DNA of 63,736 nucleotides, filler included, from Lama guanicoe (Eukaryota), in assembly GCA_013239625.1 (NCBI GenBank). It is 91 parts of 91 records of this genome, joined end to end, with 100 filler letters (N's around TTAATTAATTAA, not from the genome) between each part and the next. Parts side by side here need not be neighbours in the genome. Positions count along the whole stretch, not along the records: positions 12,038 to 12,489 come from PNXV01028767.1; positions 12,590 to 13,041 come from PNXV01028768.1; positions 13,142 to 13,713 come from PNXV01028771.1; positions 13,814 to 14,322 come from PNXV01028772.1; positions 14,423 to 15,254 come from PNXV01028773.1; positions 15,355 to 15,907 come from PNXV01028774.1; positions 16,008 to 16,584 come from PNXV01028775.1; positions 16,685 to 17,464 come from PNXV01028776.1; 83 more parts are not named here. The stretch is one strand, 5' to 3'. The stretch's first letter is position 1, and each line of letters starts with the position of its first letter. The notes below the pieces were generated by a model. That model was not told the DNA's origin, ran no database searches, and was given only the letters and a program-made list of their open reading frames with translations. The translations under genes were made by a program, and so were the position numbers. Below are positions 12,355 through 23,990 of this stretch, in pieces.

Positions 12355-14266
12355 CCATGTCCTCTTATCTTTAAGGTTCAGATTTTCTTATATTTCCATG
12401 TCTTGTTCACCTTACATCCCCGCACTCCATCAAAGCCTTCCACTCATTTACTCTTCAACATGCAACTCCACATCACCAAGTTCAAAACCNNNNNNNNNNN
12501 NNNNNNNNNNNNNNNNNNNNNNNNNNNNNNNNNTTAATTAATTAANNNNNNNNNNNNNNNNNNNNNNNNNNNNNNNNNNNNNNNNNNNNGTGATCAAGCC
12601 CCCTCTCTTCTATGAAAGCATCCTGGAATACTCAAGGCCTCACTGGTTACTCACTCATCATCCCCCTTACTCACATTCAGCCCTTGTCAGGGCCAACTTC
12701 CCAGGGACAGCTGCCTGCCATGCATCACCTCAGATCCAACATCTTAAAGCTCTTTCCGGTCCAACCTGACTCCCCAGATTCTAACCTCTGGTGTCTCCTT
12801 ACCCACAAGGCCCCATGGTCCTCCCTTACTATTTTATCAGAACCCCCACAGAGATCTCTTGCAGGTAGGTCTATTGAAGAATCTTGGCCCAATCCCTTGT
12901 CCAACTCCATCACATCCTATTGCTTCCAACAAAGAATGATGCCAAGAAACACTGTCCCATAGTGTTCTGAGCATGGACCCCAGAGCCACATGACCTGGGG
13001 GTAACCAAAGGGAAGTTATTTAACCTCCTGATGCCCCGGTTNNNNNNNNNNNNNNNNNNNNNNNNNNNNNNNNNNNNNNNNNNNNTTAATTAATTAANNN
13101 NNNNNNNNNNNNNNNNNNNNNNNNNNNNNNNNNNNNNNNNNCAGAGATTCCAGAGGTCAGAATCAGAGCCTAACCAAGGAACTTGCCTTATTGCATGGGA
13201 AGGAAGCATTCTAAATTCCTGCCGAACAGAATGTCGTAGTGATTGCTGCGCTTCCCACTCTTCATTTTTGGAATGGTAGTTTTTATTGCAGCTCTTTATC
13301 ATGTATTGAGACATACGGGAGTGCAAGTAACCTGTCTGTTAGACAGTGAATTGCTGCTACTCCTCGAAGATCCATTTCCAAATCAGCAGAAGAGAAATAA
13401 ATATCACTGGCGATCCTAGATTCTGAACTGGGACCAGTAACAAGATCAACTTCAAGTTGCATTCCTTGGGGGAGGCCCTGCATTTTCTATGTGGGAAGAT
13501 GGGTGCACGTGGATACATAAGGCTAGAGGCCAAAGGCAGAAACTTCTGTTTGCCAATATTCTTTACCCATTTTCCTTTTAACAGTAAAACTCCTTGAGTT
13601 TTTGGTGAGTACTTGCCCAGCCAGAGACTGTATTTTCCATTCTCCTTTGAAACGATGTAGGGCTGGGTTCTTGACAGTGGTGTGTGAGGAGAAGCGATAC
13701 ACGCAACATACCANNNNNNNNNNNNNNNNNNNNNNNNNNNNNNNNNNNNNNNNNNNNTTAATTAATTAANNNNNNNNNNNNNNNNNNNNNNNNNNNNNNN
13801 NNNNNNNNNNNNNTGCATTGGCAATGCAGTAGAAATAGTAACTGGGGAGGTGGAGGTGGCCATGGTGTTGGGGCCTACCAGTGAGTCCTGACTTGGAGGC
13901 TGCTGCAAGGTGGGTGCCAGGAGGGCACCTTTAATTTCATTTGCCCAACCCCTAAGGTGGAGAAAATCAAAGGCTAAATGAATAGGAGCCTCAAATAATG
14001 GAATGAGGGCTGCAAAAGATTGCTGGCCTGGGAAACTGAAAAGTAAAAACCCATGAGGCTAAGCAGAGTAAAAATAACATAAAAAGTACAGTAATATAAA
14101 AGAAGATGAAATCAAGTAAACATATGCTGAGAAGCAGTATAAATGAGATGAAAGAGGTTGGGAAGAAGGGGTAAGGAAGTCGAAGTAGAGATTTACAATT
14201 AATGTACAACAGAAGACCAAAGGCAATGAGTGAGGGAAAGGATGAAATAAGGAATAAATTCACATC

Positions 14267-14280
14267 ATATATATATATAC

Positions 14281-14322
<42 letters not shown>
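14267..14322. repeat. Compound (AT)n/(ATCT)n microsatellite
   Basis: (AT)6 then about 10 ATCT units, running into the gap. Confidence 0.95.
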
Positions 14323-14463
14323 NNNNNNNNNNNNNNNNNNNNNNNNNNNNNNNNNNNNNNNNNNNNTTAATTAATTAANNNNNNNNNNNNNNNNNNNNNN
14401 NNNNNNNNNNNNNNNNNNNNNNGACATATGCCCGAGACTGTGGCTTCCACCTTGCTTACTTAC

Positions 14464-14478
14464 TGCAGTTCGGTTAAT
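14464..14478 (-). CDS. Candidate 15-nt micro-exon (INRTA or xLTELx)
   Basis: Minus strand reads ...ctgctggcctcctggtacag|ATTAACCGAACTGCA|gtaagt, which is frame-preserving with a consensus GTAAGT donor. Confidence 0.35.
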
Positions 14479-15354
14479 CTGTACCAGGAGGCCAGCAGTG
14501 CTCACCGTGACAGTTCATATTTACAATGAGATTAGCATATTTTACCTCCCATTCTGTGTTCCAAAAATCAGACTTTAATAGTGTTTCTGTGGATACATTT
14601 GCATTAGTAGAAACAACAGCCTTATTTTTACGTTGCATAATTGTCAGAAAAAAGTACGAATTGATTAAATGTTAGTTAGATCTAAAAAGAATCTGAGTGA
14701 GCACATAGGCAAATCTCATTTTTCCAGAGAAGATGCAGAATGATTAAAGTGCATTATCCAATGACAAATTCCTAGGATTTGGCAACTATCAAGTCCATAG
14801 TTGACAAAATTTGACAAGTCAAGTAGTTGACAGCTAACAGCTTCCAATGTTGGACCCAGACTGTATTTTATATAGGTCTCAGGTTGGAATGGAGAGAAAA
14901 AGTCTGAATATTTGGCTCTCTTTTACAACAGAAAAGAGTAAATGGTGAGAATTTTGTTAACGCCTGGTTCTTTTAGACACTCAAATTCCTTAATTAAATC
15001 TAAAAATGTATAGCTATTCAATGCTTAAAAGTACTTTATTTAAAATTTAATCATGTGTTCTATTTTTCTCTAATAAATTTTATGGGTCCTATTTCCTGTC
15101 ATATTTAATTCATTTCTAAATAGTCGGAAAAATTAAAATACATAGTAATTTTAAGATATAAACTAGTGTCTACAACCTTTCTTTATCCCAAATCTCTTTC
15201 TCAAGTTCTGTTTTTTTTTAACATTTTTTATTGATTTATAATCATTTTACAATGNNNNNNNNNNNNNNNNNNNNNNNNNNNNNNNNNNNNNNNNNNNNTT
15301 AATTAATTAANNNNNNNNNNNNNNNNNNNNNNNNNNNNNNNNNNNNNNNNNNNN

Positions 15355-15700
15355 CAATTGGCGTGGTGCTAATGGCGAGATGCGGAAGCTTTTTATTTTA
15401 GCCAGTGATTCTCCGGCTGCTCTGAGAGAGCACAGACGGGAAGAAGCGGCGTTTAAGTATAATAAGGACAACGCGCAGAGTAGGGTGGATTCTCAGAATC
15501 ATCACCCGCCTAGCAGCGGGACTGCACAGGCGCCAGCGGGGGCTAGCACCTCTGGCTGCTTCCTGGGGGGACTATACACACCTGCCCTGCGTGGTTTGAC
15601 CTTCCCAGGCTGATCAATGAAGCCTCTGCTCCCCGCTTCCTGGGGATGCGCTTCCCGAGCGCGGGCAGCCGGCCGGGGATGCCGAGGACCAAGTCTTTAC
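15355..15700. promoter_or_regulatory. CpG-rich segment (CpG-island edge or regulatory DNA)
   Basis: Many retained CpGs (gcggcg, acgcgc, ggcgcc, gagcgcgggc, ccggccgg) against a CpG-depleted background. Confidence 0.45.
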
Positions 15701-17564
15701 TGCAGCTGCCCTTCATAGAGCTGCTGAAAACAATCAGTTGTGTAGTTCATAGCTTTCCCACCTTATCAATCAGTTTCTGATGCGGGTAGGTTAAAAATGT
15801 CACCCTGTTGGTGGGATTATGTTAGATTCTTTTCTTTAAAGTCTGTCCACTTTTACAGTATATCCCATGAGGTTGTATTTTCAGACGCATACAAGTACCC
15901 TTCTGGTNNNNNNNNNNNNNNNNNNNNNNNNNNNNNNNNNNNNNNNNNNNNTTAATTAATTAANNNNNNNNNNNNNNNNNNNNNNNNNNNNNNNNNNNNN
16001 NNNNNNNTACAGCTTTGTGAAAAAAGGATTATATATTCAAACAAATTTGGAAATCAATATGTAAGTTGTTCCTTTTTAAGGTTTGTAATAAAAATTTTAG
16101 TTTTAGGAATTTTAAAAGTCTGGCCATGGGGAAACCAATTTAAATGTCTGTGATACAGGTTTTGTCACGCTTGTGCACTGTAGAATCCCTCTCGTAGCTA
16201 ATGCTTGGAAAAAAGCTCCTGTTACATTTTCAGGTGAAATACTTTTGGGGAAACACTGCTGCTTGTCCAGAACTAGTTTGTTAGAACTTTTTTCTTTGGT
16301 CATTTCTATGCTGTTAAAGCACAGCTCCATCAAACTGTGACACTCAGGTCACTTTCTTCATAACATTAGCAAGAGAGAGACTATTTCTCTTCTGACTGTC
16401 TTTTTCTACTCCTGCTTCTCAGTATCTCTACTGCCACTGACAGTTCCAGACAGGAATTTTGAACTGACTGATACCATATTTTGTGTGTTGCACTAATATT
16501 AAATAAATATTTTATTCAACTCCTGTTATATATCAGGCATTGTTAGGTACTGGGAATATAACAATTAAAAAAAAGAGAATGATANNNNNNNNNNNNNNNN
16601 NNNNNNNNNNNNNNNNNNNNNNNNNNNNTTAATTAATTAANNNNNNNNNNNNNNNNNNNNNNNNNNNNNNNNNNNNNNNNNNNNCCCTCCCGACTTTGTC
16701 ATCTTTTGTCTCCCGTTTAGATTTTCTTCTGTCTCCTGGGTCGAGTGGGCTGGAACCCTCATAGCCTGGTTAGGAAACCGGCAATCCAGAGGAATTTGCC
16801 TTTAAGCACAGGCCAGTCCAACATGTCACTTTTAAAATAAAACGCATTTACAGAATGACGATTTTATGGTGAAGAGCAGCCTGTCTAAATGAGAGGAATT
16901 AAGGGCCAACGGTCGGTCAAGTCCCCCGCATTATTCACACCCCCCTCCTCAATAAATCACAATCGTGGAAACCGCAGGTGAGCCCTGGCTTCGATCACCC
17001 TGAGCTGGTTAAGGACGACACGTGCGGATGTGACCCTGGCTCGCACACGACATGCTCCGTGGAGGGCTCCGCACAAACGCTGCGCGTCTCCCTGGGCTGT
17101 CACCCGAGTACCCGGTGCCGCGTCCAACGGGGCTTCGACTGAGGCTGGCCTGCGGCTGTCACCTTCGTTCCAGGCAGCCTTTCCTGAGAGAAGTGTGGCG
17201 TGAGTGGCAAGAGCAGTTGGCACTCAGACCGTGTGGCACTCTGCAGCCCTGAGTTTTAAATATTCCTGTTGCCACCAGGTTTTGAGAGCAGATGCCAGAC
17301 GACAGAGCACGGGGTGGCAGAACTCACTCGTGGGCGAGCTTGGGCCTGGCTGGAGCTGCCTGGACAGACAGACTTGTACTGGGGGTCATGAGGGTGCGCG
17401 CCTGGGTTAGCGCGTGTGTGTGTCTGCCTGAGTGCCACTTCCTGGTGTTTATTGTTTTGAGAGANNNNNNNNNNNNNNNNNNNNNNNNNNNNNNNNNNNN
17501 NNNNNNNNTTAATTAATTAANNNNNNNNNNNNNNNNNNNNNNNNNNNNNNNNNNNNNNNNNNNN

Positions 17565-18099
17565 ACAGACGTTCGTTCATCCAGCACAAAGGGAACAGAT
17601 TGCAGGATACACATTTACTCTGGTTTCTCAGTCTTTTTCCTAGTGCTGGTTTTAAGTTCCTGCAATTATCAGTGTAAAACCGAGTTGAAAGTTGTACCTC
17701 CCCATATATATCTATGTAGTGAAGTTTGCAACTGAAAAGAACTTTGTGTTCCCTTCAAGCTAGGTGAAGAATGGTTTGCACACAATTATCTCCATGAACT
17801 AAACATGTGGATAGGCGTTCGTTCATCCAGCACAAAGGGAACAGATTGCAGGATACACATTTACTCTGGTTTCTCAGTCTGTTTCCTAGTGTCAGTCTTA
17901 AGTTCCTGCATTTTTTGATGTAAAACCGAGTTGGAGCTTGTACTTTCCCATGTATATATATGCAGTGTAGTTTGCAACAGAAAAGAATCTTTGTATTCCC
18001 TTCAAGCTAGGTGAAGATTGGCTTGCACACAATTATCTCCATGAACTAAACATGTGGATAGGCGTTCGTTCATCCAGCACAAAGGGAACGGGCTGCCGA
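17565..18099. repeat. Satellite DNA, ~246-247 bp monomer, ~2.2 copies
   Basis: gttcgttcatccagcacaaagggaac starts at 17571, 17817 and 18064. The intervening sequence is collinear with scattered substitutions, and the repeat fills the whole contig. Confidence 0.93.
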
Positions 18100-21032
18100 N
18101 NNNNNNNNNNNNNNNNNNNNNNNNNNNNNNNNNNNNNNNNNNNTTAATTAATTAANNNNNNNNNNNNNNNNNNNNNNNNNNNNNNNNNNNNNNNNNNNNG
18201 AGACTATCACAAGAGAAGAAGAGAGGTAAATTATATGAAGAATTTTAGATCAGTGGGGAATGTGTGAAGCCAAAAGTGTGGACATGCCCTCTAATTATGG
18301 GTTCAATCCCTTCCCCATTGGGGTTGCATTGGTTAAGGTGACTGACATTTGCTCTAACCTCAGTCTGGAGTTTTGACAACTGCTTCTCAAGGAGTTCACC
18401 GCTACAAATGAGACTAATAGGAGTCCATGGCCAAAGGCCTAGGACTGTTGGGAGACATTTAATTACCTTAAAATTTCTATAGCCTGGGGAACACAATGGT
18501 TAATGGGGTAATCAGATGGGAGGTGGGGACTTTCAAATGCTAGACTGTGTCGCTAAGAGAAGACTGTTACTCCACTGGAGATGATAAAGCCATAGTGGAT
18601 AGATGGTGACTGGAGCATAACTTCAACGTTCATAAATCAACAACTGATGAAATATACTCGTGGGTAGCTAAGTAGATTTTGTATGGTAGGTTGCATAAAC
18701 TGATTACAGTATACTGCAGGACTCAGGGAATTATGGGCAGGGAATTTATTCATCGAAAAAAGAACTAGAGTCAGATGTCGCTTTATGAAAACCTGAATTG
18801 TGGGTATCTCCACGATTCTTAAAGCTGGGAACTACATACCTTAGGGATCAGCTGGAAAGATGCTAAAGTTCCTTCACAGATGGAAGAATTAATTAGGCAG
18901 AGGAATTTTCTTCAGTATCCTTAGAATCAAGCAGTTTTTCGAAGCNNNNNNNNNNNNNNNNNNNNNNNNNNNNNNNNNNNNNNNNNNNNTTAATTAATTA
19001 ANNNNNNNNNNNNNNNNNNNNNNNNNNNNNNNNNNNNNNNNNNNNCCAGCAACTGAAATGGTAGTTGGCAGCGTGGACTGGAACTCAGGACCCGAGGACG
19101 ACTCCTCATTCTGCCACCACCCCAGGGTGTGACATTAGCCGAGTCGTTCGCCCGTCATGAGTATCTGTTTCTTCCTTGGCAAGATGAACAGATTGCACGT
19201 GGTCTGCAAGATCGCTTTCCACTTCAGCAGATTCTGATCAGCATCATTTTACAGACATCTTTGATTCACCTGCGAACATTTGCCTCAATAATGATGATTC
19301 CTGATTTCTAGCCTGGAGACCAGGCGAATGGTAGAAATGCTTTNNNNNNNNNNNNNNNNNNNNNNNNNNNNNNNNNNNNNNNNNNNNTTAATTAATTAAN
19401 NNNNNNNNNNNNNNNNNNNNNNNNNNNNNNNNNNNNNNNNNNNTTTTTTCTCAGAGGTCCTTAATGACTTCATGATTATTGAATGTATTCACGTTTTTGC
19501 AAAAACAATATTTACTTGATTGCTCAGATTTATCTGCGCTGTCGAATACATCTATCCATTCCCCACATTTTACAGCAACTCTCTGTCCTTGCCTTTCCTG
19601 GACAATCACCGTGAAGCACCATTTCCTATCTAGTGTTTTAGAGGGGTAGAGTTTCTTTTTTCTACTAAGTAAGCTCTAAATAATGAGGGGCTATATCTGC
19701 TTTGTTTCCTATCATACCCCCAGATCTCAAAAGAGTGTTTGAGTCATAGTAACAGTTAAATTAATATTTCTGTATAATATAATGTATAATTCATTTGAAT
19801 GCCCGTATCTTGAACTCATTTATATTCTTTTTCCCAAACTCAGATTTACTTTATTTTTGTGTTGTCTGTCTTGGAGAATGGAACTGCTTTTCAGCCAGTT
19901 ATTCAAGTCAGAAATTTTTAAGCTATGATAGAATTCTTCATTTCTACCCATAGCAATCATTCATCAGATGCTTNNNNNNNNNNNNNNNNNNNNNNNNNNN
20001 NNNNNNNNNNNNNNNNNTTAATTAATTAANNNNNNNNNNNNNNNNNNNNNNNNNNNNNNNNNNNNNNNNNNNNAAAAAAATGTATATTTTAGTACTGAAA
20101 TAATAACAAGTGTACTTTCTCTGCTTGTGATTATTATTTGACTATATTATCCTTTTGATAATGTTAGTGTTGTATTCTTGTTTATAAAATGTTAATATCA
20201 TATTTATTAGGTATGCTTATGTTCTGTATTTTTGTATTTAATCTCATCTGATTTTAAATTGTATATTATAAATAATGTTAATAATATTTCATTAGCATTA
20301 ATTAGAAAAAATAACTTACTGATTTTTATTGTGTATTGACTGAAGTCACAATAGTTTTGAGATAGTTGGAAAAAATAAATGTATTTTAATGTGCTGCTAT
20401 TTATACTTGAATTATTTTATGCTTGTAATTGTCTTTAGGAATAAATTGTATCGTCTATTTGAAATCTTAGAAATCCTTTGTGTTTGCGTTAAGATTGTCA
20501 TTACATTTTCTTTTCTACCAGCAATGTGATTCAGTATATACTTGTAGTTCTCCTGCGTGTTTAATGTATGAGACCAAATATTCAAAAATATTAAATATCA
20601 GTTATCNNNNNNNNNNNNNNNNNNNNNNNNNNNNNNNNNNNNNNNNNNNNTTAATTAATTAANNNNNNNNNNNNNNNNNNNNNNNNNNNNNNNNNNNNNN
20701 NNNNNNCAGTATTCTTGATGAGTTGTTCACGTTATGCTATTCACCCCTTGAATCCTTCGTGCGTCTTCTAAGAACATGGACATCTGTTTATGTTACCATG
20801 GCACATAGATGTGCTGAGGAAGATTCTGGCTTCTATAGGAGGTCACACTGGAGAGGGAGATGTTGAGTCAGGGCTAAGCTGTGGTACAGGGCTTGAATTA
20901 CATGTGTGGGAAAACTAACAGCCCTCTGAATGTTTGCACACACCAAGAACTGTGCTGGACACTTTATTCGGGAGTGGAGCAGATAGGGGAGAAGATAAGA
21001 CAATGCTCCTTTCCTCTTTCTTCCAACAACAG

Positions 21033-21235
21033 GTCAGCAAGAGAGGAGAAGTGATTGATGTGCACAACCGTGTGCAAATGGTGACAGTGGGCATTACATT
21101 CAGCAGCCCCAACCTCACAATTCCTGATGTCATGCTGCTGGCAAGGCCAGTGATGAGCTGTGCAGTCAATGCCAGACATGACAAACACAGACAGGGAAGG
21201 GGCTTCAAGTCGGCAGACAGCTTGGAGCTGACCAG
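21033..21235 (+). CDS. Internal coding exon of a GARIN (FAM71, Golgi-associated RAB2 interactor) family gene
   Basis: Polypyrimidine tract plus acag acceptor (21031-32) and AG|gtgagt donor. The open frame [39 protein letters not shown]...LELTR matches the FAM71 DUF3699-region motif. The exact paralogue is uncertain. Confidence 0.9.
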
Positions 21236-21951
21236 GTGAGTCCAGGAGCTTTAGTCTCTTCCTGTTAGAAGTACATGGAGGGGATAAGACCACAAGGTAC
21301 ATAATTCACCATAACATAGAACCCACAGTGACAGAGGGGTCTCAGCAGCATGACTAGCACCTGTGGTGTGAATTCAGAGGAGAAGAGACCAGAAACAGCC
21401 ACAGGGGTTCACCAAGACTTTACGGGGAAAGTGGCCATTGACCAGGTAAGGAGCGTTGTGGGAATAAGACAAGAAAGCAAGCTGGGGACATACGGTGAGT
21501 GGGAGGATCTTGCATGGCAGAGTAAGTGAGGGTTTAACACTTGCTGGTTTTGGTAGGAGCCATACAGGTGTTGGACTGAGACATGACNNNNNNNNNNNNN
21601 NNNNNNNNNNNNNNNNNNNNNNNNNNNNNNNTTAATTAATTAANNNNNNNNNNNNNNNNNNNNNNNNNNNNNNNNNNNNNNNNNNNNCTTTTTCCTTCTC
21701 CCAATATTGTAAAAGGCTATGAAATTAGTGTCTGACGTGCTACTTGGATGTAAATCTGGTGTATTATTCACCCTCAGTCACGAAGAGAAAAGGATCATAT
21801 CCAAAGGCACATTTTAGAAAGATCCTATGAGTAGACAGAACTCTCCGAAGAGGGTGGGAATTTACATCACAAGGATTTTAAAGGAGCTGGCCCCCATTCA
21901 GGATCCGAGAAAAGCACAGACCACCAATGAAGGAGGCAAGGCCAGACTCTG

Positions 21952-21986
21952 CTTATTTGTAGAGTCCTCTTGACTCTACAAATAAG
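21952..21986. repeat. Perfect 15-bp inverted repeat with 5-nt loop
   Basis: cttatttgtagagtc-ctctt-gactctacaaataag. Confidence 0.92.
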
Positions 21987-22699
21987 TTGTATTCATCATC
22001 TAGTTTTAAGTTTTCATGCCCTACACTGCTAATCCCAAACCTTCTGGAAAGCTGGTACATGACAGCCTTGTACTTGCAGTCCTGTTGTGAATTATTAGAT
22101 ACAATAAGATATATATTCTGGGGATGATGCAGTGAAGAAAAGGGGACCTACACCAAACCATCCTGCCTGAGACTAGCACAGTAATGGCATGAATAATAAN
22201 NNNNNNNNNNNNNNNNNNNNNNNNNNNNNNNNNNNNNNNNNNNTTAATTAATTAANNNNNNNNNNNNNNNNNNNNNNNNNNNNNNNNNNNNNNNNNNNNG
22301 CATTTTCACAAGATACCCCAAGTATTTGTCTGCACAGTGGTCTGTAAAGCACTGGCCTAGTGAACCCTACCAAGCAGCACTCATTCCTCTGAACAACTAC
22401 ATCCTTCTTACGCCAGTTTATCACCAATCAGGTCATGTTTGGCCACATTTATTCCCCATCATCCGCTTTCTGAGGCTCAGCTCCGTTCCTCCCATCACTC
22501 ACTGCGGACCTACCTCATCCTACCTAGGGGTCAAGCCCTTCCTAAGGCGAATGTCAGCTGGTTCTGGGGCACAGCCTGAACAAAGGTGCAGAGGTGGGAA
22601 TGGGCAGTGGCTTTGGGGACAAGGAGGCAGTGAGGCTGCTGGAGCGGTGGGCTCCTTCCAGGAAGGTTCAGAGGTAAGGCTGAAAAAACAGGTGGGGAA

Positions 22700-23171
22700 C
22701 TGATTAAGAAGGGCCATGTATGTCCATCTGAGGTGTCTGACTTTATACTGCAGGCGATGGGAAAATAGTGAAAAGGTTTTGAGTTTTGCAGAGAAATGAT
22801 GTAAGACAAGACAGACTTCAGCAACTCACTATTCTACAGGGTGGACTGGAGTCAGAGACAAGGGGTCAGGAAGGCTGGAGGAACTAGCACAGGAATATAG
22901 ATCTGCACTAAAACAGAGGCCAAGACTTGGGCAGGGTGTGGTCTCTGGAACAGGATATACATATGAAATATTTAGAAGGAAGACATGGTTGGATTCAGCG
23001 GCTCTTTGACTATATGGATTTATTCATTCAATCACCAAATATTCATAAAGCCCTTCTCTATCCCAGGCACTGTGTTAGCTGATAGAGATAATACAGAGAA
23101 TAAGACAAACCACCTGCCTTCAAGGAGCTTCCAGTGTACCAGGAAAGACAGACAACAAATCAACAAATGCA
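22700..23171 (+). mobile_element. L2 LINE fragments
   Basis: gactttatactgcaggcgatggga...gatgtaagacaagacagacttcag and tattcattcaatcaccaaatattcataaagccc...ccaggcactgtgttag. Confidence 0.6.
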
Positions 23172-23816
23172 NNNNNNNNNNNNNNNNNNNNNNNNNNNNN
23201 NNNNNNNNNNNNNNNTTAATTAATTAANNNNNNNNNNNNNNNNNNNNNNNNNNNNNNNNNNNNNNNNNNNNTTTGTTGCCAAACTTTAACCAAATAATTT
23301 TCCACCCACTGGGTAGGGGAGCCTTGAAAATGTGGGTCTGCATCAAAGCGTGGAACATCAGATAGGACTGTCTTCTTTGCCAGCTTTTCGACTGTTAAAG
23401 ACATATCAGCAGATATTCACACATCAGCTGATAGTAGAATCAGTGTGTGAGTGATTCAAAATTATGGAGTCTAGAACCCTACCACTAATTTCATAAATCA
23501 TATTTTCTAGTATTGATGAATTTGTAATTTTTGAAATCTCCCAGATGGTTTTATTGCAGCCAGTCTAACACTGGCCTATGAGATTTCATTTGTGATCACT
23601 GATCTATACCAAGATGGTCATCAAATATCAGGGAGAAAGCTCTGGGATCAGCATGGAAAAACGTTGTCATGATTATACCATTTGTAACTGGTCATTTTCT
23701 ATGAAGTACCAGCAGCNNNNNNNNNNNNNNNNNNNNNNNNNNNNNNNNNNNNNNNNNNNNTTAATTAATTAANNNNNNNNNNNNNNNNNNNNNNNNNNNN
23801 NNNNNNNNNNNNNNNN

Positions 23817-23990
23817 GATTACATTGGGCTCACCTGGACTACGCAGGCTACCCGCCCCATCACACGGGCAGCTAGTTAGCAATACTGATTCCACCTGCAA
23901 CCTTAAAGCTCCCTCTCCACATATCCTACAGTATTTACCAGTGTCAGAGATTCAGATGTGGGCATCTGGAGAGGGTCTTTGCCTACCGTA
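23817..23990 (-). mobile_element. MaLR LTR (MLT1-type) fragment
   Basis: gattacattgggctcacctgga...ttccacctgcaac...gagattcagatgtgggcatct is typical antisense MLT1. Confidence 0.65.

Noticed and set aside
17571..17587. CENP-B box in the satellite (GTTCGTTCATCCAGCAC)
   Set aside because: Only TTCG matches. The required A and CGGG of NTTCGNNNNANNCGGGN are absent.
20934..21032. N-terminal extension of the GARIN ORF
   Set aside because: It is intronic read-through. LLSSFFQQQ is the translated polypyrimidine tract and acceptor.
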